The translations under genes were made by a program, and so were the position numbers. Below, in pieces: positions 11,150-24,519 of a stretch of DNA of 64,000 bases. The notes below the pieces were generated by a model that saw nothing but the letters and a program-made list of their open reading frames with translations, was not told where the DNA came from and made no database searches. The stretch is from contig NC_043012.1 in the NCBI RefSeq assembly GCF_006345805.1, positions 44,578,001 to 44,642,000 on the forward strand. The letters run 5' to 3'. Numbering within the stretch: the stretch's first letter is position 1; the number at the start of each line of letters is the position of its first letter. Origin of the DNA: Octopus sinensis (taxonomy: Eukaryota).

Positions 11150-11449
11150 ATAAAAATAATGTCACTTCCGGTTTTACAAAAGTTCACTTCCGCTCTTTGT
11201 TTCTTTTATTTTCCTCTCTCCTTTAGTGGGAAGAGAGAGGGAAAGGAAAGGAGAGAGTGTAGAGAGAGAGAGGAAAGGAACAGTAGAGATAAAGGGAGAA
11301 GAGAAAGCATAGTGAGAGAGAGAGGGAGAACAGAAAGAAATAGTGTAAAGACAGAGAGGGGAGAGAGAGAAATAATGAGAAAAGCTGAGTGATTGAAAGT
11401 AAGAGGAAGTGTGTGTGTGCGCGCGTGCGTGAGAGGTGAAAAAAAAAAG
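11150..11449 (+). promoter_or_regulatory. Probable MBD2/3 promoter and 5' UTR with tandem ETS-type sites
   Basis: ACTTCCGG at 11164-11171 and ACTTCCG at 11186-11192 lie about 270 bp upstream of the ATG, followed by a GA-rich leader. TSS position is inferred. Confidence 0.5.
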
Positions 11450-11544
11450 ATGGACTGCGTTGGACTACCTTCTGGCTGGAAAAGAGAAGAAGTGGTTAGG
11501 AAATCTGGTCTGTCTGCTGGGAAGACTGATGTCTATTATTATAG
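11450..11544 (+). CDS. MBD2/3: MBD2/3 coding exon 1 (MDCVGLPSGWKREEVVRKSGLSAGKTDVYYY)
   Basis: N-terminal half of the methyl-CpG-binding domain; first in-frame ATG after a TGA at 11390-11392; donor AG|GTTTGA, phase 2. Confidence 0.92.
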
Positions 11545-12795
11545 GTTTGATTCAACCTTATTGCTGCATCCCAAATAAGATGACTTATTTTCAAATATTT
11601 TGATTTAGATTCTAAAAAAGTATATACATCCCTGTGTCCAAAAACCGGGGAAAACTCAGCCACATGTTTATTTTTTTTTACTTGGTACACAATATATATA
11701 TATATATACACACACATATCGTGCGTATATAATGTGTATATAACCTGTGTGTATATATATATATTTTTTTTGTATGATTTTCACGACAACCCAGCAGTTG
11801 TCCGGTTGCTTTATTTTATAGTATGTATGTGTGTGTATATATATGTATATATATCCTGGTGTTTTAATTAGTTTTAATAACATATCTGCTTTTATTTCCT
11901 CTAAAGATTACGTTAAAATTCCATTTTCATTCCGAATTCTCGACCCATCATCAATTATCCTTACCGACCCTAACAACACCAAGCTCCGCCGATGCCAACC
12001 CGATCCGATTCCTTATTTTTATTCTTCATCTTTGATAATTCATGTAGTAATGAAGATTAAATTCTATCTCACTCGTTTCTTACATTCCCAGTATCAAAAA
12101 TTTTCCATTAATTTGTGATTCTTATGATATTGTTGTGATATTTTATTTTACGATCTATCATTTTCATAACATGTTGGTGTAAGAAACGGTTGCTAATTAG
12201 TGAAGAGTGTTTTATGTAGAAGAAATCAAGTAATTAGCAAAACGGGATTGATTCTGAGTTGGGACTATTTCAGCTAATTTTATTGGTAAAATAATGATTA
12301 TCACAACTTAATGATTATATTCAAGAAGCAATTATGTATTTAATTGCTCGTCTGATGGTACAGTTAGTTGACAGCGAAACCGGCAGAATATAAATCATCT
12401 TTTGGGTGATTTTATGTTTAAATATTACTGGGATCGGTTTTATTTTTTTGAAATCTATTCCATAAATAACAATAATATTTTGGATTCATTTCGATTGCCT
12501 TCACTACATCTGAGACCAACTGCTTTGCAAAATCAAAAAAAATTATGGCGAGTACCGCGGTTTTCAACATTAGCGAGTTGATAATCCGGTTTCTATTGCC
12601 GGCTGTTGTTCATTTGTGTCGCTGATTTAAAAGTGTGAACGTCAGTCATATTGTCTCATTATTTCTCCTGAGACTGCTGCGAGAAATTAGCTATTTAACG
12701 AATTTTTGTCCCTCTTCACTCTGACTTGGAATTTCGTAGATCCACCAGAATTACTAACATAAGTGACAAATCGGAATTAATTCGTTCGGCTTTAC

Positions 12796-13238
12796 CAGTG
12801 GTTCCCAACCGTTCTTTTATCTGTGGACTCCTTTGATTACTATTTGTGTTTTACACATTAACCCAATTAGCTCCCATGGTATATTTGTTTTTTAGGACCA
12901 GAAGGATAATCCATCATATTTCTGCAGCACCTGTATTATTTTTCTGAGATATCTAGTTAGTCACCAAGGCTGGAGTGCCTTTCAATAATTTTTTAGATAT
13001 ATATTTAGTATCAGATAAAGTTGTATAAAAGATTTTTGGTAATAAAATTAGGAAAAAATTGGGCACTAATGGTTTGGACTATGTAAAACGATAGAAAAAG
13101 AAACTTGGCTCTTTCTTCCAATAAATACATTGAAATCAAAATTTTTTCATTGGCTCTTAATGTACTGTGTGTACCCAATTTTACTGTTTTACTTGTTTGG
13201 ATCCCTAGGGTTATATTGAGCCCGGTTGAGAAGCACTG
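12796..13238. mobile_element. hAT (Charlie-like) MITE
   Basis: TIRs cagtggttcccaacc and ggttgagaagcactg; flanking 8-mers ggctttac and ggctatac form a near-perfect 8-bp TSD. Confidence 0.8.
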
Positions 13239-13439
13239 GGCTATACCAACTTCATTTCAATTAATTTTAAAATTAATGTAAAATTTCTCAAATAATCGTC
13301 ATTATGAAACTGGTGTTTGAAACAAATCAACTTGAAATTTTGGTGGAAGATTTTAACTAGATTACTTTAAAACCCGAGATTTGTATAATAAGGTCAGCTT
13401 CAGCCGCATTGGTGTCAAATTATCTCAAGAACTTCATAT

Positions 13440-13880
13440 TGTCAAATTATCAGGGGTTAGTGAGAAAGGGAGGGATGGAGAGTAAGGACGATGATGACGT
13501 GGGTCGTGTAGTGATGGATGATACAGTGTTATCATATATAGGCAAGTATTGTGGAAAGTGTGAAGGACAAGGGAACAAGGAAAGGAGAAATTGGTAATGA
13601 TGGTAACAAATCCAAAGAGGGTCAGAGGTCAGATGAGGGAAGGAGGAATTTTGCAGTTCGAATTCTGTAGGATAGAGAGGGTGTTGAAAGGAAAATATTG
13701 TGAGGAGAGTCCAGAAAAAGAAATGAGATAGAAGATCTGGGAGTGGTGGGTGGATGTAACAGGAGCAATTATGGAAAAGTCTAGGGAATATTGTAAGGAT
13801 TGCAGACAAGAGTAGAGTATGAATGCGGAGAAAGCATACAAGCAGTAAGGCTGTGGAGAAGGTAGGGTAACATAGAGGTA
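13440..13880 (-). mobile_element. Degraded LINE 3' remnant (CR1/L2/Jockey group)
   Basis: GC-richer block whose minus strand gives broken C-terminal ORF2-like peptides; family not resolvable by eye. Confidence 0.35.
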
Positions 13881-14094
13881 TGTATGTCATTATTCAGTTT
13901 TAGTTCAAGATTTCTTGCAAGAGTAAAAAGAGCAATAGAGGAAGAGCTAGTTTCTAACCTCGATCCAAGGCTCTTTCATTGGAATTTCAACATCAACAAA
14001 GTATTTTTGCATGCAGATTTGTATGTTTTGTTTTATGTATGTCTTCTCAAGCATATACTTGCATATCTAGACATGCTCATATATACTTAAATGA

Positions 14095-14560
14095 TAAACT
14101 TCTGGAATGTTTTACTGATGTTTACAGTTCCAGGGATGGATTGGATTTGTAGTCTTCTAATCAGCTTTCTCCTTTCTGGTTTTGAGAAGCCTAATTTCTC
14201 AAGATTGGTAATTTAGGCAGTGTGTTACATATCCCAGTGCCCCTTTAATTAATGGTATAAACCTGAACTTGTAATCTGGATGGAGTAACTACAGATTTCT
14301 CAATAGTTCAGCATAGGTGTTCTCTTTTTCACTGATCTTCAGCTTTATGTTAGCATCTGCTGGGCAGCTAATTTCCACAACTGTGCACAGTTTCTCTTCT
14401 CTACCCCATATCATTATATCAGGTCTGTTGTGCTTTCATTTTATTGAAGTTTTCACTGGGACATTCCACCAGTACTTCTTTTTATTATGAGTGGCTATGG
14501 CTTCTACCATACCATGGGTTCTTATTTCATTCTCCTTGGGATTATCCTTCCAATGGATTT
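14095..14560 (-). mobile_element. R4/Dong-like non-LTR retrotransposon RLE fragment
   Basis: Minus-strand KYWWNVPVKT..KHNRPDIMIWGREEKLCTVVEISCPADANI..KENTYAEL..FIPLIKGALG is the typical PD-(D/E)xK endonuclease tail of R4/Dong elements. Confidence 0.75.
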
Positions 14561-14574
14561 TATTATATGTATGT

Positions 14575-14890
14575 GTGTGTGTGTATCGTGGCACTCCGTT
14601 GGTTATGATGACATGGGTTCCAGTTGATCCGATCAATGGAACAGCCTCCTCGTGAAATTAATGTGCAAGTGGTTGAGCACTCCACAGACACGTGAACCCT
14701 TAATGTAGTTCTCAGGGAGATTCAGTGTGACAAGGCTGGCCCTTTGAAATACAAGTACAACAGAAACAGGAAGAAAGAGTGAGAGAAAGTTGTGGCGAAA
14801 GAGTACAGCAGGGTTCGCCACCACCCACTGCTGGAGCCTCATGGAGCTTTAGGTGTTTTTGCATAATAAACATTCACAACGCCCAGTCTG
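14575..14890. mobile_element. Interspersed SINE-like repeat
   Basis: GC-richer ~300-bp block between (TG)n and AT-rich DNA; recognised as a recurrent cephalopod repeat from pattern only. Confidence 0.4.
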
Positions 14891-15479
14891 AGAATTGACC
14901 ACGAGTCCACTGCTCTAACTATTCTGTGTGCATATGTTAATATGTAATGGGGAATAAGTTATACCAAAAATTTTTCCAGTTTTCTGTTTTCCTAAATAGG
15001 TTCCAATGATGTTATAAGGGTGTTGCTCAGGCACTCCACTGAGTCTTATAGGAGAAACAGCTGTAAGCTAATGAAGTTGTATATGGTAATGTTAAGGGCA
15101 TGCAGATAAAGCTCCTATTTCATTCTCCCAGCTGCTATCTAATGATACTGACTAGTGAGTCAGTTGTTTTGGGGTTTCATCATGGTTATACCAATATAAT
15201 GTAGGATAAATATAATGATAACAATTCTAGGATGGAGCTTATAAATAATATATAGCTATGCTTGTTTCCTCAAATCACGTGACTTTAAAATCAGTCTGTA
15301 TCCTTGGGATTATTACAGTTTAGTCATGTATGTATGTATATATATATATATATATATAATCATCATCATCATCTAACATCTGTGTTCCATGCTAGCATGG
15401 GTGGGACAAAGCCTGTACCAAACTTCTGTGACTGTTTTGGCAGGGTTTTTATAGTTGACCGGATCACCAAGTACTTGCA

Positions 15480-16260
15480 AAACAAAAACTTTTCAGATTG
15501 GAGGAGGTGATGATGAAAATGTTATTGTGAGACAGATTCAGGTGTCTTGCTGTAGAGGAAGTACAAGGTTACCTGGCTGGAGAGAGAAAGATCAGGAATG
15601 AAGACAGAAACAGGTGTGTTGCCACAAAGAAAATATATGGTTACCCATCCTGAGGGAAGTGCAGGAGATGGAGAGAGAGAGTGGGAGACTACAGGATGGA
15701 GATGGTGGCAAAAATGTTGGGCAAACTCACAAGGGATGGGGATCAGAATATAAATGGAATGGTTGAGTAAAGGAAGAGAGAGAGATAAATGGTGGCAAGT
15801 GCTAGGACATACCCTTGAGGTTCAGATGCCATAATATAAGTGACAGGATATTGCTAAGGGCGTGCGATTAAAGAGTGCATAGGGGCTACCAGGTAGCAAT
15901 GATACAGAGGAACAGGGGTGTGAGGACAGGATTGGAAAGTGAGGGCTAAGCATAGTGAATGAAAGAGGAAATGTAGATTGGTCTGTTGGGGTAGGGTGAA
16001 GGAGAAGTTTTCTTATGTGTGGGTGAAACATCCAGGTCGGGGGCTAGCAGATGGCAATAATAGAGTGTCCTGGTCAAGCAGAAAGCAATGATACAGTGGG
16101 ACCGGGCCAAGAGGACAAGATTGGGGAGTGGGAGGTAATCGTAGTACGTGAAGTGGAAATGTGAGGTGGAGAACACATGTAGAGACGTAGTTTGGTTCGT
16201 TGTGGTTAAGTGTGTGAGAAGTTTTCTTGTTAAGTGTGGGTGGGATACACAGCACTTCTA
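15480..16260. repeat. Purine-rich degenerate repeat with an internal ~170-bp duplication
   Basis: The motif gcaatgatacag..gg..caggattgg..agtg occurs at about 15896 and 16086. Confidence 0.45.
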
Positions 16261-16309
16261 GAACTCAGTTTCACTGATGTGGGCGGGTCTTCTCAAGAAC
16301 TTCATATTG

Positions 16310-16800
16310 CCAGACATCTCAGTCCACGGTCATTTCCTCCGCGAGGTCCAACTTCCTGAGATCAGTCCTTACCACTTCATCTCATGTCTCCCTGGGTCTT
16401 CCTCTTCCACAGATACCATCCACTTTCAGTGAATGGCACCTCTTTATGCAGTTGTCCTCATTTATATGCATCACATGTCCAAACCAATGTAGTCTTCTCT
16501 CTTCCATGTTACATTTGATTCCTGTTATGCCCAACTTTTCTCTCAATACATTTGCACTTTGTGGTACATATGCACTGATGTTGCACATTCAATGGAGCAT
16601 ACTATCTTTGTTTTTCTCCAGTCTATACATGTCTTCTGCATTCTGAGCCCATGTCTCACGACCATGGAGTATAGCTGTTCATACACAACTATCATACAAT
16701 CTGCCTTTCACTCTGAGAGAGAGAGAGGCCTTTTGCTGCCAACAGAGGTAGTAGTTCTCTGAACTTCCTCCAGTTCTTATTCTAGAAACAATACTTTCAG
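16310..16800 (-). mobile_element. RTE-clade LINE 3' remnant
   Basis: LREKLGITGIKCNMEERRLHWFGHVMHINEDNCIKRC..RGRPRET matches the RTE ORF C-terminus (RRLRWFGHVxR..GRPRKTW). Confidence 0.85.
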
Positions 16801-17019
16801 AGCATCTTCTACCATTACTAATTTGGCCACCCAAATATATAATGTGTGTGTGTATATAATATATATGTGTGTTTGTATATGTATATATCTATACTGTTAA
16901 ATGCACCATTTCTCTTATAATAATAATTTATATTTGGTAATTATTTAATTGATAATAATGTTTATACAATTATTAATTTTTTGATTATTTTGTTAAGGTT
17001 ATTTCTTTAGAAATTATAG

Positions 17020-17770
17020 CCAGCACTGATTTTTTGCTATGTTTCGTATTGAGTAAACAAACAATGAGATCAGAGATGAAAATGGGTAATGAGTGCATAT
17101 GCCATATTTTGAGGGTTTTTGTCCCTTCATCAGCACTCATCAAACCCACTCTTGCCTCTGAACACATTGTTTATTTAGCCACTGTATACAGCGGTGGAAC
17201 TTGACTATGCAACCATAATATACTATAAAGTATGTTAAATGTTCCCATGAGTCAACACAATGTCCCACCGTGCCAGCAGTGCTCCTTACATCACCTTGCT
17301 ATGGCCACTTCTACAGAAACTACAGCCAGCACTGGTTTTTCGCTATATTTCGTATCGAGATGTCAGATGCAAACAAATAATGAGATCGGAGACAAAAATG
17401 GGTAATGAATGCATATGCCATATTTTTGGGGGGTGGGGGGTGAGGGTGGGGTTGCTCCTTCATCAGCACCCACCTAACCCACTCTTACCTCCGAACACAT
17501 TGTTTATATAACCACTGCATACAGCAGTGCAATGCTATTGGATACACCAGTTCACATATTAAATGCATTCTTGGGGCTGACATACAAATATTGAAGACTT
17601 GCAAACATGTGGAACCCTTCTATGCAACCACACTATACTATAAGGCACATAAAATGCTTCTACAAGTCAACACATCTTGCTGTGCTAGCAGTGCTCCCCA
17701 CATTACCTTGTTAAGGCTACTTCTACAGAAACTACGGTCAGCACTGATCCCCTGCTACATTTCATATCGC
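17020..17770 (-). repeat. ~306-bp tandem repeat (two full copies plus a partial) carrying degenerate minimal type-I hammerhead motifs; retrozyme/Penelope-derived candidate
   Basis: Unit starts ccagcactg at about 17020, 17326 and 17738; minus-strand CTGATGA at 17127-17133 and 17460-17466 is embedded in complementary stems (see findings). Confidence 0.6.
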
Positions 17771-18289
17771 GTATATATATGTATATATATGTGTGTGTGT
17801 GTGTGTTTATATGTATATATGACCTTTTTCTCTTTTTAATTTATTTTAATTTAGAGTTAATTTTGACTCGCTGTCTATTTGGTATCAAAGTTGTGAGAGA
17901 CCTCATTTTTATTAATCATCCTTTAAATCTTAAGAATGTCTTTCAGATTTTTATTGTCCCAGACACTCACAGTTGTTTGTTGTGTATGAAATATGGAGTT
18001 GCTTTCCTTCCCCAAGAATCAAAGTTCAGCCATACTTAGCTCCAGCTGGGTCAGTATGTATCCTGTTGCTCCCATAATAGTATGTATGAAACTGAAAGTT
18101 CATCTTGGGTCCTGGATTTGCAGCTTCCTTATCACTGCTCTGTTGGCATCCTCTTTGTCCTCTATCTTTGTCACATTCTTGTCCAGAGAGCAGTGGATTT
18201 CTTCAACAGAGCATTTTTTTTCTTGTGTTCCCACACAGCAATATCTGGCTGGTTATGCTAAATTCCACAGGCATTCTTTCAACCCATTG

Positions 18290-18700
18290 ATCTCAATATA
18301 GGCAACTTTGCTGGTATTTTCTATTCTTTAAAATTCTGTTCCAGATTGTTCCAGCCACCACATTGTGGCCCATGGGAAGATAATATCTAGAAGATATTCT
18401 CTCATAGTTAGCCATAGTTGCAGGAGTGGCTGTGTGATAAGAAGCCTGTAGAAGGGTATCATAAAAGTGGTCCTTCTGATCATTTGGTAGCCCCGCATGT
18501 GGGGCGTAGGCGGAGATAATTGTAACTGTGCTGTTCTGCAGGAGTAGCCTGAGCTTAAGCACACTATCGCATACCCTAACAACCTCTATGACCTTGTCCA
18601 CTCATTTCTCTGCAAGGAGTGTGCCTTCACCCCTACACCATCCATGTTACCTTGCCAGAAGACTTTATACCTATGTGCCTTGCCTGTGAGGACCCTAGCT
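18290..18700 (-). mobile_element. RTE-clade LINE AP-endonuclease fragment
   Basis: DKVIEVVRVCDSVLKLRLLLQNSTVTIISAYAPHAGLPNDQKDHFYDTLL. Confidence 0.85.
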
Positions 18701-19079
18701 GAAGCTCCTCTTCATCTTACCTCTTTATGCAGCATACATCAACCCATCTTTCAAGCATCTCTACAATCTCACTAGACCTACCTTTCAGTGTGCCAACTCT
18801 GAAAACTGGGAAGGGAATGTGGGGTGAGGGTTTGGGAGGAGGGATGTTATTCAGCGCCTGAAAAGAAGAGGGTTGTTGTGTTCGTTTGTTAGGCATGCTT
18901 CATCTTTTCCAACCTGACAACATTTAAGCATTCAGGCATGTTAAGATTGTTGTCCTTACTGGAGGTAGGAGCCGGTGTTAGCAGCGTTGTAAGCATAAGC
19001 ATTATGGTCATTGAATGATGTAGATTCAAGTGGTGTAGCAAAAATATGGATATTCCAGTGTTAGGTTAGGAGGGAGTCA

Positions 19080-19720
19080 GCTGAAACCGGTTGCGTTTGT
19101 CCGGGTAGAGGGGGATTGCAGGTATAATGGAGAGTACCACCAGCAGGGAAGGGTTCAGACAAGGGAGAGGAAACAAGCTCATTCCTATATATACACAAGC
19201 GCACCCACACACAGGAATAAGCACACATGGGCAGCCGAATAGCTTTCTCCTTCACTTCATAAGGCCAAGGAAAATTCCTGGGTAGTAGTTGGCGTGTTTC
19301 TATACAGAATGAAAATGGGACGAAAGATAGCCGGTTAAGTAGGTGGGCAGATAACCTGGTTGCATTTGTCCCAGTAGAGAGATAAAGAAAGAGAGAGTGC
19401 AGGTAATATAGGGAACAGCACCAGTGAGGAGGGGGGAATTGAGAGAAGAGATAACTGGAAGGGGTGGTGACAAATTTCTAGACAGAATGAAACGTAAGAT
19501 AGTTGGTGAAGTGGGTGGGTGGATGAGCAGCTGGGCTGGTTGCATTTGTCCTAGGAGGGGGACAAGTGAAAGTAATATATGGAGAGCAGCCCACTGAGGA
19601 GGAGGGTGGGAGAATAGACACAGGTAATGGTGGTGGGAGAAGGGATATCTTGTGTAGATGGTGGGACGATAGAGATATCCGGTATTGGTGGTGGGAGTGG
19701 GAAAGGGCAGGCACACCGTG
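19080..19720. repeat. Three degenerate copies of a ~180-270-bp purine-rich unit
   Basis: ggttgc(a/g)tttgtcc...gta(t/a)(a)atgg/aggg.agc.cc recurs near 19089, 19357 and 19537. Confidence 0.6.
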
Positions 19721-20189
19721 AACAAAGTTTTGTTTGGGGGCAGAAGGACGAAATATGGTAATAAAGATGAGATTAAACAGGAAGAGAAACGAGTTATTAA
19801 CTTAAGATAGAATGAAAATTATATTTTAAGGGGACATTTTCAATGGTTACCTCATGGAAAACAAGCTGTTAGTAAATAATACATTTAAGGTGTTAATGGC
19901 GAATGGTTACAGGAACAGAAAAGTGAGATAGAAAGAAAGAATATTAGCTTAGCTTCTTGACATTGTTTGGCGAAGGAATGGAATGAGATGGGAGTTTTTA
20001 AAACAGATATGCTGCAACTGGAAGCGAGTTTAGCTTGGGGACAGAGGGATGAAAATGATGGTGATAGAATTAGGTTGAACAGACTGGGAAGCGAGGAGAA
20101 ACAAACAAGCAAAGTTTTGTTTGGGGACAGAAATATATATTATGTATATATATTATGTATGTATATATTCTTTTATTCTGTATTATCTT

Positions 20190-20614
20190 AGTCTTTTGAT
20201 GCTGCCATGCTGTTGTACCGCCATGAGTCGTACAAATCGACCCCAGAACTTATTCTCTTGAATTGTAGCACTTATTCTATTGATGTCGTTTGCTGACTGA
20301 CTACTTACAGAGATGTAAGCCCACCAGCATCAGTTGTCATGCGATGGTGGGGGTACAAAAACAGACACACAAACACACACACACACACATATATATATAT
20401 GATGCACTTCTTTCAGTTTCCATGTATCAAAACTACTCACAAGGCTCTGGTCAGCCCGAGGCTATAGTAGAAGACACTTGCCCAAAGTGCCATGCAGTGG
20501 GACTGAACCTGAAATCATGTTGTTGGTAAGCAAGCTATTTACCATACAGCCACTCCTGCATCCATATTATATATATATATATTATATATATATATAATAT
20601 ACAACAATATATAT

Positions 20615-20658
<44 letters not shown>

Positions 20659-20898
20659 ATATATATATATTTGTAATATATGTATTCTCTCTTTTCACTT
20701 GTTTCAGTCATTTGACTGGTCATGCTGGAGCACCGCCTTTAGTTGAACAGATCGACCCTAGAACTTATTCTTTGTAAGGCTAGTACTTATTCTATTGGTC
20801 AGCTTTGCCGAATTGCTAAATTACAGGTACATAAACACACAAGCATCAGTTGTCAAGCGATGTTGGTTGGACAGACACACACAAACACATACACACAC

Positions 20899-20939
<41 letters not shown>

Positions 20940-21560
20940 TATATATACATATGTGTATATATATGTATATATGACAGGCTTCTTCCAGTTTCTGTCTACC
21001 AATCCCACTCACAAGGCATTGGTCAGCCTGAGGCTATAGTAAAAGTCACTTGCCTAAGGTGCCAAACAGTGAGAATGAACCAGGAACCATGTGGTTGGTA
21101 TACATGCTACTTACCATGCAGTCATTCCTGCACCTATGATATATACATATATATATATATATCTTTCTTTCTTTTCTTTTTACTTGTTTCAGTCATTTGA
21201 CTGCGGCCATGCTGGAGCACCGCCTTTAGTCGAGCAAATCGACCCCGAGACTTATTTTTTATAAGCCCAGTACTTATTATATCGGTCTCTTTTGCCGAAC
21301 CGCTAAGTGACGGGGACGTAAACACACACCAGCATCGGTTGTCAAGCAATGCTAGGGGACAAACACACACACACTTACATTTATATATATATATATATAC
21401 GACAGGCTTCTTTCAGTTTCCGTCTACCAAATCCACTCACAAGGCATTGGTCGGCCCGGGGCTATAGCAGAAGACACTTGCCCAAGATGCCACGCAGTGG
21501 GATTGAACCCAGAACCATGTGGTTGGTTAGCAAGCTACTTACCACACAGCCACTCCTATA
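20190..21560. mobile_element. Cluster of three copies of the dominant bipartite SINE-like repeat, interleaved with (TA)n and (CA)n
   Basis: Repeated cttgtttcagtcatttgactg.ggccatgctggagcaccgcc...(CA)n...tttcagtttccgtctaccaaatccactcacaaggc...ttgcccaag; the opposite strand has a tRNA-like head and the CORE-like ccttgggcaagtgtctt. Confidence 0.85.
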
Positions 21561-21599
21561 TATATATATATATATAATTTTTTTGTAGTTTCAGCTCAG

Positions 21600-23200
21600 A
21601 CTAGTGAAGGTGGCTGAGTATGAATGTCTTCTAGAGGACCATCTTTGTTTCCTTCTCTCTGATTCTGAAGGTTCTGAAGATCCATCCAGCCAGCCATCTG
21701 CACTTTATCACCATCTTGGTAATGTGCACTTGGAAAGAGGTATCATGAATCCTCTCGATACCCAGGTCATGCACTGATTTAGCTTCTGTGATTGTAATCA
21801 CCCCTAGGCCAGTGTACTCTGTAAGCCTTTTGTTCAGTTTGGGGTGTTGATAGTATAGGGCTTGGCATTTTCCATCTTTAGACTGCATATTATTGTCCCT
21901 AGCCAATCTGTAAATTGCATCCCACTCCTGTTGTAGGCATGCAACATTGCTAGGGTTTTGTATTTTCTGCAAGACTTTTCCTATTGTCTGTGTAGCTAGC
22001 AAGGATGGCTATATGGGCAGCTGAGGGCATATCTGAGAGGGCCACTATGAAAAGCAGTGGTCTCAAGACAGTGCCCTGTGGAACACCACTCACTATTTGT
22101 GTTTTCTTTGAGGTGGCTCGATTGGCCACCACTGCCTGATGTCTATCTTTCAAAAAAATCATGTAACCACTCTCCAAGTTTTCCAACTATGCCAAGATCG
22201 TGCAATTTATGGCATATCATATCATGATCAACTTTATCAAAGGCTTTTCCAAAGTCAAAGTATATTACATCCACATTTGAGTTGCCGAGTAACTGCTTCA
22301 GTACCTATAGTGCTGTAGGAGCTGGGTCAGGCAGCCCCTACCTGGCCAAAAATCATGCTGGCTATTACTCAGCAAGTCGTTTTCTTCAAGGAATGTGATT
22401 AGCTTCCCTCTGACTATTTGTTCCATGATTTTGTTGATGTGTGAAGTCAGAGAGATAAGCCTATAATTTTTGGTATCTGCTCTGTATCCTCCTTTATGGA
22501 TTGGGCATATTATTCCTTCCTTCAGTTTGCTTGGCAGCTTGCCATTTGCCAGAAAGCTCTGGAAGAGATTCTGTAGTGGTTTCACCGGGGCACACTTATA
22601 CAATTTGTGGAGGATTGCTTGGAAACCATCAGGACCAACAGTTGAGTTGCGTCCCCCTCATCTATGGCTAGTGTTATGTCTTCTTCCCCAATATCTTCCT
22701 CACTGGTTATAGATGAGGCAACAAAAAAATCCACTGTTTCGTTCACTTGTCTGTGTCCCAACAGGGTGGTAAAGACACTTTTGAACTGTTCATATAGTAC
22801 CTCACTGATCCTGGGTGGGTTGTCTGTGAGGGAGCCATCCTATTGGAAGAAGGGTGCTATCTTGCAGCGCACTGAGACTGTTTCTTTGGCATAATGAAAG
22901 AAGGCTTTTGGATTTGACTTGATATGTTTTGCTCTCTCCTTCACATAGGATTGTTGCAGTCTTTTTTTCAATCTCCATCAGTGTAGTTTTTAGGTGTGAT
23001 CTTTCACTATTTTTGGATGCTGGTTGAGGTGATTTGCAACCTTCATCTATTGTCTCATGAGGAACTTCCTCTCCCTTGGAATCTTGTTCCTTTTGTGTTG
23101 GCCTTGTGCTCTGGAGCATATTTCTGGTGGGGCAGTTATACATAAAATCCTTGGCCCAAGCTACACCTAGTCTGATACACATTACTGTTATCATACTTGT
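21600..23200 (-). mobile_element. CR1-clade LINE ORF2 remnant (RT), fragmented
   Basis: KEGIICPIHKGG..KNYRLISLTSHINKIMEQIVR, HDFWPGRGCLTQLL, SGVPQGTVLRPLLFIVALSDM, VHDLGI; many stops and frameshifts. Confidence 0.9.
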
Positions 23201-23720
23201 GTATATTTCATATAGCTTCTATAAGCTTGGAAATATTGTAAACTATCATCATCATTTAGTGTTCATTTTCCATGCTGATATGGGTTAGATGATTTGACTG
23301 GAGCTGGTAAGCCAGAGAGCTGCTGCACCAGGCTTTAGTCCATTTTGGTTTGGTTTCTCTGGTTGGATTCCCTTCCTAATACCAACCACTCCATAGAATG
23401 TGCTGGGTGGCTTTTGCATGTCACCAGCACAGGTGCTTGTCATGTGTCATTGGTATGAACCATGACTATGATTTCACTTAGCTTGATGTATCTTCTCAGG
23501 TATTATTGTAAATGATAATGATAATATCAACATTGACAGGGGCTTCTAGAAATAAAACTTCTTGTGTGAGACTACTTAAAATATCTTTTAACTGTATAGT
23601 TTTTGGTGTGGTACCAAAGACCGTCATGTACGCAGAATTTGTTTTGCTACCTTATTTTGGATGCTATTAGTTAACCCAACAGTCCTATTGCATGAATATA
23701 TTTTCTTTTTACATTTCAAG

Positions 23721-23878
23721 CCCTGATGGCAAGAAAATACGCAGCAAGCCCCAGCTCGCTCGACATCTAGGAGATGTCATTGATCTCAGTGCGTTTGACT
23801 TCCGAACCGGACGAATCATCCACAGTGCTCTGCGGAAAAGCAAGCGGTCTAAAGGTTCGTCGTTTGACTTTGCTCGAG
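23721..23878 (+). CDS. MBD2/3: MBD2/3 coding exon 2 (S/PDGKKIRSKPQLARHLGDVIDLSAFDFRTGRIIHSALRKSKRSKGSSFDFAR)
   Basis: Acceptor acatttcaag|C, donor G|GTTTGT; completes the MBD in frame with exon 1. Confidence 0.95.
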
Positions 23879-24519
23879 GTTTGTAATTCTTTACTTCAGA
23901 TTATAACTTGCTTAATACTTGCTCTGTACTGGGAAATGGTGGACAGACTCTGTTGTTTCTGTCTTTGCCAGTAGAGGATTTCTATTTCGGGTGCCCCTTC
24001 AGCTATGATAAGTATGACTATTTTTCAATTTTACTCTCCTTTTTTGCATAAAAATTAATTTTACCATGATTGGTAGGATGTTAGAATAAAATGTGACTGA
24101 GTATAAGTTGTATGAAGTGGAGATATATATATATATATATATATATAAATTTTTGTATCTCATATGCATGCATGTATGTATGTATCACAATAATACTTTA
24201 CAAGTGGTTTCATGAACAAAATAGAGGATATTTAATATAAATGTATATTTATTAATGTATAGTAGTTAGAGATCCATTACTGATCCATGACCTTAATTTT
24301 CATGCTGATTACACAATCCTCAGATAGATAATGTGAGGAGAATTTTATTTAAAAAAAAATTGTTATTCAATAGCGTTAGTATTGATGATGATGTTTCACC
24401 AACATATACCTTACATTATTTCATAAAATTAATAACATCACCTTTGCAAATATCAATAACATTCACTGTCATGTATCAGTAGTGATCTTTAACAACAATA
24501 GATTAATATTATATCACAT

